Shown one piece after another: positions 23,728 through 37,395 of a stretch of 64,000 nt of DNA. Numbering within the stretch: the first letter of the stretch is position 1; each line of letters opens with the position of its first letter. Made by a program: the position numbers and the translations under genes. Below the pieces are notes generated by a model, which did no database searches, was not told where the DNA came from, and worked only from the letters and a program-made list of their open reading frames with translations. Origin of the DNA: Haliotis rufescens (lineage: Eukaryota); contig NW_025964112.1 of the NCBI RefSeq assembly GCF_023055435.1, positions 45,570,001-45,634,000 on the forward strand. Direction: 5' to 3'.

Positions 23728-26708
23728 ACCAGTGAGATTGCAGTTGAACCTGTGGAAAATCTAGACTTGCTTCATTTAAGGCTGTAACATCCCAGTACGG
23801 GCTGGGCGGAAATAATATGATTCAGGGCCAGTAAGACAGACCACCATTTTGTTTGCAAAAATATTTCCAGGCCACTTGGCATTATCCTACATTCCATGAC
23901 ACATCTACGACCATTCCTGTGTGACCAATATTCCAGAAGGTATGAGACCATCTAAAACACAATTCCAGATTCCAAACAATATTCATGATACTACCAGCAG
24001 TACGAAATTCAAACTAATATAATAAAACAAATCAAATTTCAGTCCCAAATTTTCAAACCATCATTTCATTAAACCATATCACCACCCTCAATATTACATT
24101 TGCATCGCAAATAATAAAATCTAACAGCTTATTCATTTGTAGGGGAAATCAATTCCGGAAGTTCCATCTGGTGCAGACTGGGCCAGGAGGCGCTGGTGAT
24201 ATCACCAGATTAACTCGGCCAGTCCCTCCAGGCCCTGTCCGTCTCTGGTACCTGGTTCGCTGTCATCCACACCTGCCCAGTATCAGCTGATAACCAACAC
24301 GCTCATTTCACCGTTTTACAGGTCTATCTTTTTCGGTCAAAATTAACATTTTCACCTCAAGTTCTTTTGTTTTAATGGCCATGTTTACGTTGGCTGACAT
24401 GTGAACTTTTCAAAGTTCATGTATTGAAAACTAAGTTAATGTATGGAAATATCACACCAAACGATATAAAAAGAAACTTGCCTTTTAAGTGATCACTGTT
24501 TGAAAGGTTTACATGCAAAGGAACATCACGATACAGAGCTCCAGGTAAGATTACCTGCGTAAAATACGCAAAATAAATCCCCATTACCCAATTCATTTTG
24601 AGTTGCTTCTGTAACAACACTTATCCTTTTTATGCTTTTCAATGTGCCACTTGTATTTCTTAATGGATCTTTATTGACAGGCATCACATATCACATACAT
24701 GAACTCTACTGCAGCGAAAAATGCATAAATGATCTCACTGATTGTTAATTAGACATATTTTTTAAAAATTAGACTCAATGTAAAAATAACCATTATAGAC
24801 TGAACCCTAGTGAGTAAAAACTATCAACACCCAATATGAACAGTAACATGCTGTAATGGTCAGAAAGCCCTGGTAGAGCCCTGACTTTACCAGTGATTTG
24901 TTAATCTGGACACTTCATAATCCAGACAATTCCACAGGGAACTGCACTGTCCAGATTAACAGGGTTTCACAGTATAACACTTTTGGGATAGCCATTTTTT
25001 GTAAAAAAAACAACAAAAAAGCTTTACGGTTTATTAAATCACCAGAACGCCAAGATTTTCATACCTGCTCATGGACTGAAATGCCAAATGGACAAACAAA
25101 TTTACATAAAGTTTCTTCGCCAACATTTGCACTTGTTTTGCTGTCATAACATGATGGATTGCAAACTGCAGTACAACAGGAAGCAATTCCAAAAAAATCT
25201 CCTTTCTTCTGCACTAAAAATGTCACAGATGGTATAGCTTCAGCACATAAAAGCACACGTTTATGATCTATACCTTGTGTCTGTTGCAAGCCATGTCACA
25301 ACATATCTAAACATACATTCTGTGAAATATTCTCTGTATAAAATCCATCTGTTATCACACAACACATCCACTTGGCACAAAGCATACAGGAAAGTGGATT
25401 ACAGACACCCATTAAACTTCATGTCCAATTTCATTCATTGACAAGCTTAATTCTATATTACCAAATTTCAGCCCTGCTAAATCTCGGCATCACCTTAACT
25501 GCCATGTAAGAATCACTTAATCACTTATGCTCCAAAATAATGTGTGAAAGGTTAACCCTAATGGCAGACAAGATCATTTCCTGATCATCAAATCCCTATT
25601 TATCACAAAAACTCCCTCGTTACACTAAGAAGGCTACATACAAGAATACTCCGTTTCCCAAAAGCTCCACCAAGTAAGTCCCCTTTTCAACAATTGTCAG
25701 GATTCCTGTGGTTTTGTCAAGATAAATTTCTTTTGACAAGGGGGGAAAAGAAGCATTAATGGGTGGATATATGTTATGCAATGGTGGCTAGCAAACATCC
25801 TTCTATTGTTGCCTGTCATTGTATTTGGATCAGTCTTATAGCATATCACAGTTTGAATCACCAGACGTAGCCTTCGGCCATCTTGGATTTCTTCATGCAG
25901 ACAGGTTTCACTTCACATAACGTTCCCTTCTGAAGATGGTAGTTTCACAAACAAGAAATAAATGCTAATTGTACCCATAATATAAACGTGTATGTATGGA
26001 AAAAGCCCGGAAAGTATTTACTCAGAAATATTCACATGTACATTTACTGTCCCAAGTTGTAAATGTTCGTTTTACTTCCATTGTGCAAGAAGTCTGATAA
26101 CCCTGAAAAAGTTGGCATCTACTACCAAACTCAGTGTGACTGAACTTGTAAACATATCAATCAAGAAATAGTGTCTTATTTCACTCTGACATCTACAAAA
26201 ACTTGTGGAAAGTGAAAAAAGTCCCATCCAGGCACTCAGGATCTGCTCTGTTTTACATAAAATGAGTTTGTAGTTTGTTGAACAAACTTAGTAAACAAAT
26301 AGTCTTCCAAGTTTACACATCACTGAACAAAGGAGTTTATTTTGGCCTACATTTTCAACCTTAACCTTTAATGCTAGTGGTAAACTGGCAAATTGTGAGG
26401 CTCTTCAACAATGGGCTTTTCATCATGCTGCAGTAATTGAAGCTCAGTGCTCAGTAGTAGTATTAGTAGTCTGTCACTAGTAATTCTGTAATGTTTAATG
26501 TCAATATGAGTTTGTGTATATGATTGATTGAGACATAAAAGACATAGTAAAGCTTTGAAAACAGTCAATTTTTTATGTACTTGTGATATGTTCACCCACT
26601 CCTAATCCAATTTTTAAAACATTTCTGCCACAAGAATGTAGTTGTCTTTTTTTAAGTTCCTGGAACCTAATGATCTTATTCCTTGTTGAACAGGTATATA
26701 ATAAGAAA

Positions 26709-27190
26709 TAGCATATGCTGCTAACCAAGGCATCACATGCTGCTAACCAAGATATTACATGTAGCTAACCAAGGCATCACATGCTGCTAACTACGATTCC
26801 AGAAGCTCCTAAACAAGATATTATATGTTGCTAACCAAGGCATCACATGCTGCTAACCAAGGCATCACATGCTGCTAACTACGATTCCAGAAGCTCCTAA
26901 ACAAGATATTATATGTTGCTAACCAAGGCATCCCATGCTGCTAACCACGATTCCAGAAGCTCTTTAACAAGATATTATATGCTGTTAACCAAGGCATCAC
27001 ATGCTGCTAACCACAATTCCAGAAGCTCCTAAACAAGATATTACATGTTGCTAACCAAGGCATCACATGCTGCTAACCAAGGCATCACATGCTGCTAACC
27101 TCGATTCCAGAAGCTCTTTAACAAGATATTATATGCTGCTAACCAAGGCATCGCACGCTGCTAACCAAGATATCATATGAAGCTACCCAA
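26709..27190. repeat. ~22-bp minisatellite with higher-order organisation
   Basis: Units of type catgctgctaaccaaggcatca, with a variant cgattccagaagctc unit recurring every ~66 or ~88 bp. Confidence 0.92.
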
Positions 27191-29448
27191 AGTCATGACC
27201 AAATTCAGATATTACTCCCTCCAAACCAAAGACACTTTTACAAAGTGAGTAAACAACATGTGACAGAAAACATACACTTTTATGAAAAATAAAACTTTAA
27301 TATTCACAACAAAAAAATATTTCAAATCTTGCAATTACAACTAAAAGTTCAATATTGATCCCCAGGCCAGATGTTATCCCAATATACTTCAAAATATTCT
27401 CACATTAGAAAACAATTTACAAAAATAAATTTCATAACGACACAAAAGAATAGAAAATAGTCAATATTTTTTTGGACACCAACAAAAATGTCTCCCCTCC
27501 CTTGTGAGCCTCAGTGTGAGTGCCAGCAAAAACTGTTTCCCTACAGCTGCTTCCAATCACCGTGCACAACACTGATTTCCATCAGAATAAGAAATTCAAG
27601 AAACTGGTGAAGTTTTTCTTGTTTCTGGTTACTTCCCACATGGGAGCAAGGGGAAGAGCGAAGGGAAGAGGGGAAGAGTGACTGGAACAGGGGATGCTGC
27701 TGGTTGAACAACTGTTTCTATTGTTGCAGCAGACTTGATTTGGGTTAGCTTTCAAGGCAAGTGTCAGTGTCAGACACTGAAGCATGCCTTTATAATAATG
27801 AGAACTTCAAAATTTCATATCACTTTATTGGTATGTGCTCTTAGGACAAACGAAGCTTGTTTCTGTAATAAATTATCTAAATTATTATTCCTGAAACACT
27901 ATAACAGTAACCATATTTCATATAAGCTTCAAGAAAAAAATACATTCATTCAGCTTTGAAACCTAATTTTTTGCAAGTTGTTACAGATTCTTGAAAAAAA
28001 TAGTGACAGAGTAGCTACATTATTCTCTTCATTGTTTCACATTTAACAAGAGCTTTCATAAATTATCAAGCTTAAAAACAAAGAAACATTAGGCTAGATG
28101 GAGTGGACAGCCAAACACCTGTGCCCAGTAAAAGTATATGTAAAAATAGCATATACAGAAAATGAAATCAGTTTTGTGTTCATTTTTAAAAATATGCACA
28201 TATATATATATTATTGACCCATAATAATTTAATTATTAGATATTCATCACCCTCGAAGACACTTTATTGATAAGCAGCTGACTGTGTTCCCTTCCTCCTT
28301 GTTTGATGGCATACACTATCAACATTGTCCCACATAACTTTCAAGGTTTCAAGTATATAGCATCCATTGGAAATTAACGAAGACAGATGCCTAAAGACGT
28401 TTCAGATAAAAAAGAGAGTAAAATATCTGTCTCATTTTTAAATAATTAGGGTGAAAATCTACTTGTTAATCTATTGAAGCCTACAGAAATAAACCTATGA
28501 AATATATGTTGCTTTATGGTAATAACAGCAATTGACAGTTAACTAACACAGCTCCCTTGAAAGGTTTCTTCAGTTAAAATGTTAAAATCTTAAAATGTCT
28601 CACTCCAATCTCATATTTCTAAATAATTCTGATGAAAATCTTATTGTTATTTTTAATGTGTCGTTACAGAAATATACATGCTGAAGATGTTGTTTCCCGT
28701 TAATAACATCCGTCAACAGTTAACAAACAGTTCACTTGAAAGGTTTCTTAAAATAAAAAAAGAAAGGAAAATATAAAATGCCTCCCAACTCACATTTCTT
28801 AACCTTGAAATCTTTGGATGAAAACTGAATGTTTAATTTATTGTGGCCATTCAGAAGCTACTCGGCAGTATGTATGTTGCACAGCAGGTGGGGCGTGGAG
28901 CTTTAAAACAGATACTGTGAAGTAGTTACTGTCCCTCTGAATCAGGGAGGAGGTTAATAAGGGGCAATACAGGAAACTCACTCGAGGGGTTACAAGAGTC
29001 TGACCTTTGTTAATGGCCTCTGAAATATGTGACTACTAGTGGAGAGGGGGTCTACATTCCTACTGTAACCCTACACTCACAGTGGCTGTCAGGGTCATTC
29101 ACAGACTGAGGGAGAAGGGGGAGGGGGCAGCGGATGGGGCAGCGGATGGGACAGAGGAGTCTGTGATTCCATTTCTGTTGAGTCAGCTTTTTTTTAAGGA
29201 ATGAAATATTGACGTAAAGACACTGGATAAATGAATCTGTTAAGAACTCAGGGTGGGGCTTGAGGGGTGTTGCGGAGTGGGTTTGGGGTGAGGTTGGAAG
29301 GGGGTGAGGTATCAGCTCAAGACTGGACAGGACTGTCCATTCAATTTTAACAAAAGTCAGTTACTTATAAAGGGAATGAGAAAATTGAAATTTGGACACA
29401 GGCTGAAGTAGATACTGTTGGAGCAGTCACTTATATTATTTAGTTGGA

Positions 29449-29610
29449 GTGAGTGAGTACGGTTTTATGCTGCTTTTAGCAATATTCCAGCAATATCACG
29501 GCGGGGCACAACAGAAATGGGCTTCACACAATGTACCCATGTCGGGAACTGAACCCAGGTTTTCTGTGTGACGAGTGAACACTTAAACCTCTAAGCTACC
29601 CGACCACCCC
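29449..29610 (-). mobile_element. SINE family A copy
   Basis: Full length, with TSD TTATTTAGTTGGA at 29436-29448 and 29611-29623. Confidence 0.9.
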
Positions 29611-30663
29611 TTATTTAGTTGGAATGGGGTAAAGAGTGGTGTGGTGAGGTGGGAAAGCATGGGGTGGTTGAGGCAAGGTGAGGTGAGGTGGAAAGGGATG
29701 TAGGATAGCCTACTTTGTGAACAAGGGTAAGTTTATTCAGTCAACATCACAAAGAAGTTCTGATCAGTCTGATCCAAGAGTCTTGGTACATCAGGGGGAT
29801 ACAGGCCTCGGCATCTTGGTGGAGAGTGAAATGGTCTTAGGAAAAGGAGTTAAGTCTGATTTCAGGAGAGGGCTTTACCTCATTACAAGATTATGAATAT
29901 CTTGTTACCCTCAAGTAAAGCCGGATTCATGGGATCAGCACGATTCATTCACAAGTCCATTGGGCGGAGACCCGAGACACTGTAGCAGGGGGCGACGGGG
30001 GTGGGGCAGGAAGCAGACACAGGAGGGGATACAGGGTCGGAGGGGGGACACAGGGTCAGGGGGGATGAGGACCTTCTCACATATCCAAGTCCCTGACCTG
30101 CTTCAGTAACGAGAAATGCATTCATAAATTGTCTAGAGCATATCTTCCATATGAAAAGGATGGAAGGGACATAATTCATTCACGGTCAACTTGGAATCTA
30201 CTTGTCTGTGGAGAAACACATATATAGCCATTCCTGACTCATTCTACATGATGTACATTGCTGTAAAGATATGCATGAAAAGTTAGTGTTCTTAAGAGTC
30301 ATAAAGAGTTCCCTACTGGACCGACTGTGTTGATGAGACAAGTATGCCTAATAAACAGGAGAATCATACACCATCATGGGTTGGTGATAAACAACAGTAC
30401 GAGAAAATGCCGCATATGAATTAAATGCAAAGAACCATCAAGAAAGATGACCGGTTGAGAGAATATTCATTCATGCAGCAGCAAGTTTTCAGACGAAAGA
30501 AGCAAGAGGTATCTTCACTAAAAGAAACAAATGGCTTGGATCAATAAGTTGATAAACACAGAAGACTGTAGTTGGACACAACCTCTGACATATCCAAACC
30601 AGACTGCGCCTACTCAGCTGTCAAATTGTAATCTCGTGTTCAAAGACTTAAAATGTTCTGTGG

Positions 30664-30793
30664 NNNNNNNNNNNNNNNNNNNNNNNNNNNNNNNNNNNNN
30701 NNNNNNNNNNNNNNNNNNNNNNNNNNNNNNNNNNNNNNNNNNNNNNNNNNNNNNNNNNNNNNNNNNNNNNNNNNNNNNNNNNNNNNNNNNNNN
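30664..30793. other. Assembly gap
   Basis: Run of N. Confidence 1.
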
Positions 30794-30912
30794 ATTCCAG
30801 CAATATCAAGGCGGGGGACACCAGAAATGGGCTTCACACATTGTACCCATAATCGAATCTGTCTTCGGCATGACGAGCGAACTCTTTAACCACTAGGCTA
30901 CCCCACCGCCCC
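30794..30912 (-). mobile_element. SINE family A copy (tail runs into assembly gap)
   Basis: Family A head and body directly after the N-run. Confidence 0.85.
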
Positions 30913-31437
30913 ATAAAGTACAGAAAAAGAATGATGTTTGATTAGTATATTCAAAGCCATTATCAATCATTTTTTCACCATGATTAAAATGTGTTTTTTG
31001 AAAAGGTACAGATTTTCATATGATCAATTACCTAAACCACAAAATACTTTCAAATTTATTGAAAAATTGTTTTAAACTGAAGCCCAGCAGCTTGAAATTG
31101 GCTCACATCAAAACCATAATATTCTTTGAATAGACAATGCCATTTTGAAAGTGGTCAATTGTAACAAATTTGTAGTTAAGTACAGATTCTCGTACTTTTT
31201 TTTGGTTGAGTCCCGTCCGGGATTCGAACCAACACTGCCATAGTGAGGCACCTAATCGCCAGCACACAAAGTCAGCGATCTAACCCACTCAACCACCGAG
31301 GCTTCCACAAAAATGAAAATCTGACAACTGCTAGTCTAGATCACGTACTTTGTGTACCCCTCTTACAAGTGTAAATTGGTACGGCTCCCATGGCCGAAAG
31401 CTATGAACACACAATGCCATTTAGAAAGTGGTCAAAC

Positions 31438-31528
31438 GTAACAAATGTTATATTTGGGATAACACTGTCTTAGTACAAGAATCTGTACTTTACTAAGAAA
31501 GTGTTATCCCAAATATAACATTTGTTAC
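31438..31528. repeat. Near-perfect inverted repeat (38-bp arms, 15-bp spacer)
   Basis: 31438-31475 versus 31491-31528, with one mismatch. Confidence 0.9.
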
Positions 31529-32402
31529 TTGAAAAAACTCTTACCAGCTTTTCATTTCTACTACACAAAAGCAAGAACACCTGATTTTTTCACATTACTA
31601 TAGTTAATTTGTCATTGGGAAAAATCAGGTGTTCCTTTACTTCTTTTGAGTGATATAAAAGCATCAAATGCAATGCAGGTATGAGAAATTGTTTACCTTT
31701 TTCCTGATAAGGGAACAAATTTGTGAAAATACTTTCGAATTGGGAAGTAATTTAACAAAGATCTTGCCATATCAAGTACAGGGAGAATGACTGTCTGTTA
31801 ATGAATGGTCACCAAGACAGAATAAAAGAGTACCAAATGCCATGTAAAATGTCTTTCTTGTATCAGCACCTTAGCTTGGTTGACCTGAATACTGGACCTG
31901 GTAAAACACTTAATGCCCTGAATATGTTTCTGAAATATTAAGTACATCCTGAATAGTTCAATACAATGACAACCCTGCCCGAGTGATTGTTTGAGACTTC
32001 TATAAGTACTCAAGTATGCAAACAGGACCAAACATTACATTGAAAGCTTTTGGGTCAAGAGCACTTGACTTTGCTCAGATTAGGAGCCAAGATAACTTTG
32101 CATAATCTTCATATTTTTTCTTAACCCTATCCTGACCTCAAATTACAAAGGTTTTCTGTAGTACACTTGAGAGAGTTCAGTATCTATCTGACACATACTG
32201 GAGAACTGAATGCACAGTCGTTGAAACATTTATGCAACAAAAACAGATTCAGAAGCTCACCTTCCCTACGTGGCACATACATGCGAGCCTGTTCACCTTT
32301 GTATGGTTCATTACCGCCATGTTTAGACAACATCAGATGATTTAGGGTTCTCTTAGGTAAAAACATGCTTCTTGGGTATCAGCATGTCACTATATATATA
32401 TA

Positions 32403-32657
32403 TTTGTTTGTTTATTGTTAAAAGCTGCACTCTAGTTATATGACGGCGGTCTGTAAATAATCGAATCTGGAAAAGACAATCCAGTGATTGACATCATGAG
32501 CATCGATCCACGCAATTGGAATACGATGACATGCATCAACCAAGTCAGCGAGCCTGACCACCCGATCCTGTCAGTTGCCTCTTACGACAAGCATAGTCGT
32601 TTTTTACTGCAAGCCTGGGTTGCTGAAGACCTATTCTAACAAGGATGTTCACAGGTC
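32403..32657 (-). mobile_element. SINE family B copy (subtype with duplicated core hairpin)
   Basis: Full body plus a ~20-bp internal duplication also seen in the 871 and 42146 copies. Confidence 0.85.
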
Positions 32658-35600
32658 TATGTTAAAAAGTTATTGCTGTAGCCCAAAGTTCGCTTTGTGC
32701 AAATGTGCCCAGTTTTCTGTAACCACTATGGTTGCAACCATAAGAAGAGAATTTACGGTATCTTAACCCATCAGACTAGGTCCTGCTTGACATTTATTTA
32801 TGAAATGTTTGTTGGAGATCCAGAATAATATTCCTTTGTCTCCACTTGTCTAAATTTGATGATTAGCAGAAATCCAAACGTTATTACATTATTCAAATAA
32901 CAAACATTCAAGCTGCATTCAGAATGTGATCATGAACCTAGACTCGTTTTAGCCATCTTTTAAATTGAGGCGAATCAATTTCAACATGTAGTTAGCTGTT
33001 CAAACCGATTTAATGAAATAATTTCAGATTACCCCCAAGTTGTATAACCCTGGTTACGTCAATTGATAATTTCAGCCAACTTTCCCAGGACGCTTCTGTA
33101 ACTGTTCACACAAACCCAATGAAGAGGCGAGAAGATGGCCGCCAGATATGGCTTAAGAAACAATACTCGCATTTAAACCTTCGGGAATATTTCATCATTT
33201 TAATCTATTGGCAACAAGCAAGATCAGGCTTCCAATCAAACATACAGTGAGAGATGGGTTCGCCACACAGGCAGAAACACTCTTATATAAACATTATAAT
33301 TACAATGACGAGAGACTGAACTTAGCAAGCAGCTCTAAGACAGGCCCAAAAGTGAGCAAACAGAATCACACAATTCCTTCAATTCGAGTCCTCTCTCCTT
33401 GTATTCCTACAGTGTATTTTCTATTTGTATTTCTAAACATTATTTGACTAAGGCTTGCTTGTCGTGTTTAGAAACATGACTTTTCAATAAGGATTTGTAG
33501 AGTTTTCACGTCATGTAATTTGAGAGAGAAGATGGTGTTTGGTCTTCCCCAGGGAGGGAAGAGACTTCGCTGAGACCTTCCCGTTCAGGACAAGCCATGG
33601 GTGATTGATATAAACTATATAGCTTCCAGAATCAATGCATGATCGGTGACGGATGCCATAGTTTCCTTGTGTGGGCTCCATCCCTGTTTACAGCAAACAC
33701 ACATCTTGAAGTACCCAAATGACATAACAAAGCTCTCACTGTTATTGATAACTCATAGATTTAATCGACAACCCTGTAAAAGATTCTGAGAGATGACAGC
33801 TGGGCAGAGCTATTTGTACCCTCTGGCAAACTTGGCAAGGTCCTAGGAAAACCTGTCAGGAGCAAGTACAATCAGGTGTTAGTTCCTACGGCAACAGTTG
33901 TCTAAGAGGCGGAATAGCAATGGAAGTTCACTGACTGTAGAAACCCTCCTCAGACCGACTTCGATGTTATAGGACACACAAATATATGAAAGCTTATTTT
34001 CTTTCGCCAAGGTTAAAACTCCATCGTATTGTTACAATTTTTGAAATGTTTGCTTGATGAGTATGGAAACACAGGTTTCGACATGCATACCGTTTTAACC
34101 ACTTATTTCTACAAGAATCATCAGGATCATATCCCCTGGCATGTTGAAAGTTTGTGAAGTATTATTCAACAGTTTAGAAAATTTCCAGAAACAGAGTAAC
34201 TTTCATTGATTATACACTTCACCGCAAGCTGATATGTGTGGAGACTATTCTGATGAAGTATTGAACAGATCTTGAGTTATGCTCCGGGAGAGAACTCAAC
34301 CATCAGTTAAATCTGCCAGTCCAAGTCCAGCTTGGTTTCATGAAAATGCCCAAATGAAAATCATAAGAAGATTGACCAAATAACATATGGCACCACTTGC
34401 CTGCAAGGACAATGTGTGTGCAAAGTTTTGTGAAGAAATAATGACCACATTTTGTGCTATTCATTGCAAGCTTGGTTATATTGTCCGACTATTTGCTGAT
34501 CACTAAAGCAGTAATAGCCGTATTTGTTTCTTTAATACACTATTCAACATCTGCTAAGGACCAAAATAGTCATCTTTAGCTAAAGGTGTGGTCTTTAGCA
34601 AATGTTGAATAGTATATTTAAAGCATTATGGTAACGTCGTGCTATTGTTGCAGTTGATTCTGAGCCAGGAATTCACTGGCCAATCGTTCTGGCTAAGTAT
34701 AACTGTCGCAACTAAAGGTCATTACGCAAAATGATAGAGAAATCATATCAAACATAACACGGTTTAAGTTGGAGAAATCACTTGAATCTCTTAATTCTGG
34801 AAAATAGAACCAACTCGTTTGTTGATTCTAATTCCGAAACCAACATATATAGCAATTTCTTCTGTACTTATTTCATTGTATAATTTCATCAATGTATAAC
34901 TTTTTAGGACATAAACTTACACTAAAAGTATTACGACCAACCTAATGATAAAATAACTCCACTCACAAAACTTATTTATTTTCAATTTTACTAATGATTC
35001 CTCCCAAATAAAGCAAATATAACCTTACTGCTTAAATTCCATTTTGGGGCTCTACATAATAAATTTAAATTGTTAAATCATATATTCTTAAAATTATCAT
35101 TCCACAGCAGTCAGAGGCAGCATGCAAGACAGTACAAGTCGTGTACTCTTAATGGCTGTAAAACTTGCAACAGTTTTAACACCTTATTTTTTCAGGTCAA
35201 TTAGTTCACAAAAAGCATTCAAGTCTTTTTAACCACAAAGGTCATTACAGCATTTTACACTATTGTCAATTGCCTTCCAGAAGATCAAATTCTTCATCAA
35301 TTTCACATATTTCCCCTTTAAACAACCATAACACATGCTCATTGGCCATATAAGGTGAGAAACAATTCAAAACCAACCAATCAGAACCGTGAACACGACT
35401 TGGCCCAAGGACAATATCTGTTCTCAGGGCAGCATTTCACATTGATAGCCAGTCTTCGACAGGTGCAAACCCATTCTTTAAAGCATTAGCATTGTTTGAG
35501 GGAGCAATTAGCTGAAATGAATCTTTGGTTGAAGTAACCCGACCTCAAAAATGGGCGTACATTTCTACACCATCCCCCTTGGTGTCCCTGGCCTGTTAGT

Positions 35601-36261
35601 TTTGTGAGGTCTAAAAGGAAATATACTCAGTATTTTGTATAGTTGTACTTGATTAAAGAGGAAAGTGTTCGTATGTGTGGACTAAAAGTTGATAGTTGCA
35701 ACATAAATGAGTTAAGAGTACCTGGTAACCTTCTACATAATGTTCCTACGTTTTCTTTGAACAAAGATTATTGGGTAATTTATTATTGTATTGTTTCAAA
35801 TTGTGAAATTCGCCTTCTACAATACAAATCAATATACAGAAAATGACTGGTTGATATACGATTCTGTATCCTGATTAGAAACATTGTTATTAATTCAACA
35901 CTTACAAAATTTGCATTTGGTGAGATAATCATCATATACTGAACAAAAAAAGTTAAGGATCCTGAATATTTTTTTGGATAATATTTATGAAATTGGGAGC
36001 TCAGTCTTCTCTACAAAACATATATCCCCTAAAATATTCAGGATCCCTAACATTTTCTTGATCAGAATAATATTTTGGGTGAGTTGAGGTTAATGCTGGT
36101 ATTTTGGTCATGTTGTGTGGTAGCCAAGGCAGGTTGCCAATCAAAAGTGAGGAGGTTGTCAATATTGTCGCTTCGGAGAGATCTACAAGTAAATATATCA
36201 ATACAATATTCAGCCTTTGAAATTTATGTTTGTTCACTAGCTCGAGACTACTAAATTGTGA

Positions 36262-36429
36262 TGAGTGAGTGAGTGAGTATGGTTTTACGCCGCTTTTAGC
36301 AATATTCCAGCAATATCACGGCGGGGGACACCAGAAATGGGCTTCACACATTATACCCATGTCGGGAATTGAACCCGGGTCTTCGGCGTAACGAGCGAAC
36401 GCTTTACCACTAGGCTACCCGACCGCCCC
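36262..36429 (-). mobile_element. SINE family A, young copy
   Basis: Near-consensus, with TSD CTAAATTGTGATGA at 36251-36264 and 36429-36442. Confidence 0.9.
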
Positions 36430-36577
36430 TAAATTGTGATGAAGACAACAAAAATACAAGGTGTGTAGTCCTCACTGACTGTGACATGTGAGGGATAGAA
36501 TTCTGAACCAGATCTCAATGTTTCAATTTTGCTACAGTTGGAACTGAATAAAACTGAATAAAACTGAAAACTATGAG

Positions 36578-36731
36578 GTAAGTATTGTTTTACGCCGCTT
36601 TTAGCCATATTCCAGCAATATTGGCGGGGGACACCAGAAATGGGCTTCACACATTGTATTCATGTCGGAAATTGAACCTGGGTCTTCGGTGTGACACGTA
36701 AACGCTTAACCACTAGGCTACCCGACTACCC
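36578..36731 (-). mobile_element. SINE family A copy
   Basis: Full-length, older copy flanked by GAATAAAACTG repeats. Confidence 0.85.
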
Positions 36732-36892
36732 AGAATAAAACTGTAAACAGATAGCATTGATACCTTGCTCAAGAAGGACAAGCTACAAACTCTGAGGACT
36801 CGTGAAATAAGGTTTATACTCGTCCACTGGACTAGTCTTTAGGAAAAAAAACTGCATTTCTAAGGCAGAAGACATTATGAATCCAGTCACAG

Positions 36893-37395
36893 TTCAAACT
36901 CCAGATATTTCCATAAAATATGCAATATAAATCACCATAACCCAATTAATTTTGCGCTGCTTGCATTCAAATACACATGAAAAAATGCAAAACCCAATAG
37001 TAAAACATAATTAACCAATGTATCCTTTTCAACTGTGTCTTTGTAGACCTTATTTACTGATCGATGCAGGCAGGCATCACACATACATCACCTCTACAGC
37101 TGTGAATAATGCACAAAAACGTGCACGTCACGCTTATTGATAATTAGACATAAGGATCTCTGTAGGAAGTTTACGCAACATGTTACACAATTAGGGCAGC
37201 GCTTGAATCGAAACATTTTAAGTCACCTGGAACAACATTTCAAATAATAATAATTAATTATTTTTTGTTGTTGTTGTTAAAATACACAATAGACTAGATA
37301 TATATGTAGTGAATACCTAAAGAAACCTATCAATGCCCACTATGAATGATAACTTGCGCGTAAATACTTCATGGCTCAAAATTATCTGGAGCCCT
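36893..37395. mobile_element. Degenerate hAT-like non-autonomous element (second copy at ~24533-24882)
   Basis: About 250 bp of similarity to 24533-24780 (ctccag...aaataaatc...acccaatt...caggcatcac...aattagacata). The terminal ttatctggagccctg is inverted relative to cagagctccaggtaa. Confidence 0.55.

Noticed and set aside
28490-28840. Diverged ~180-bp local duplication (similar old duplications at ~54437-54760, 45760-45825 and 39305-39361)
   Set aside because: Real but old and AT-rich, with no sign of function.
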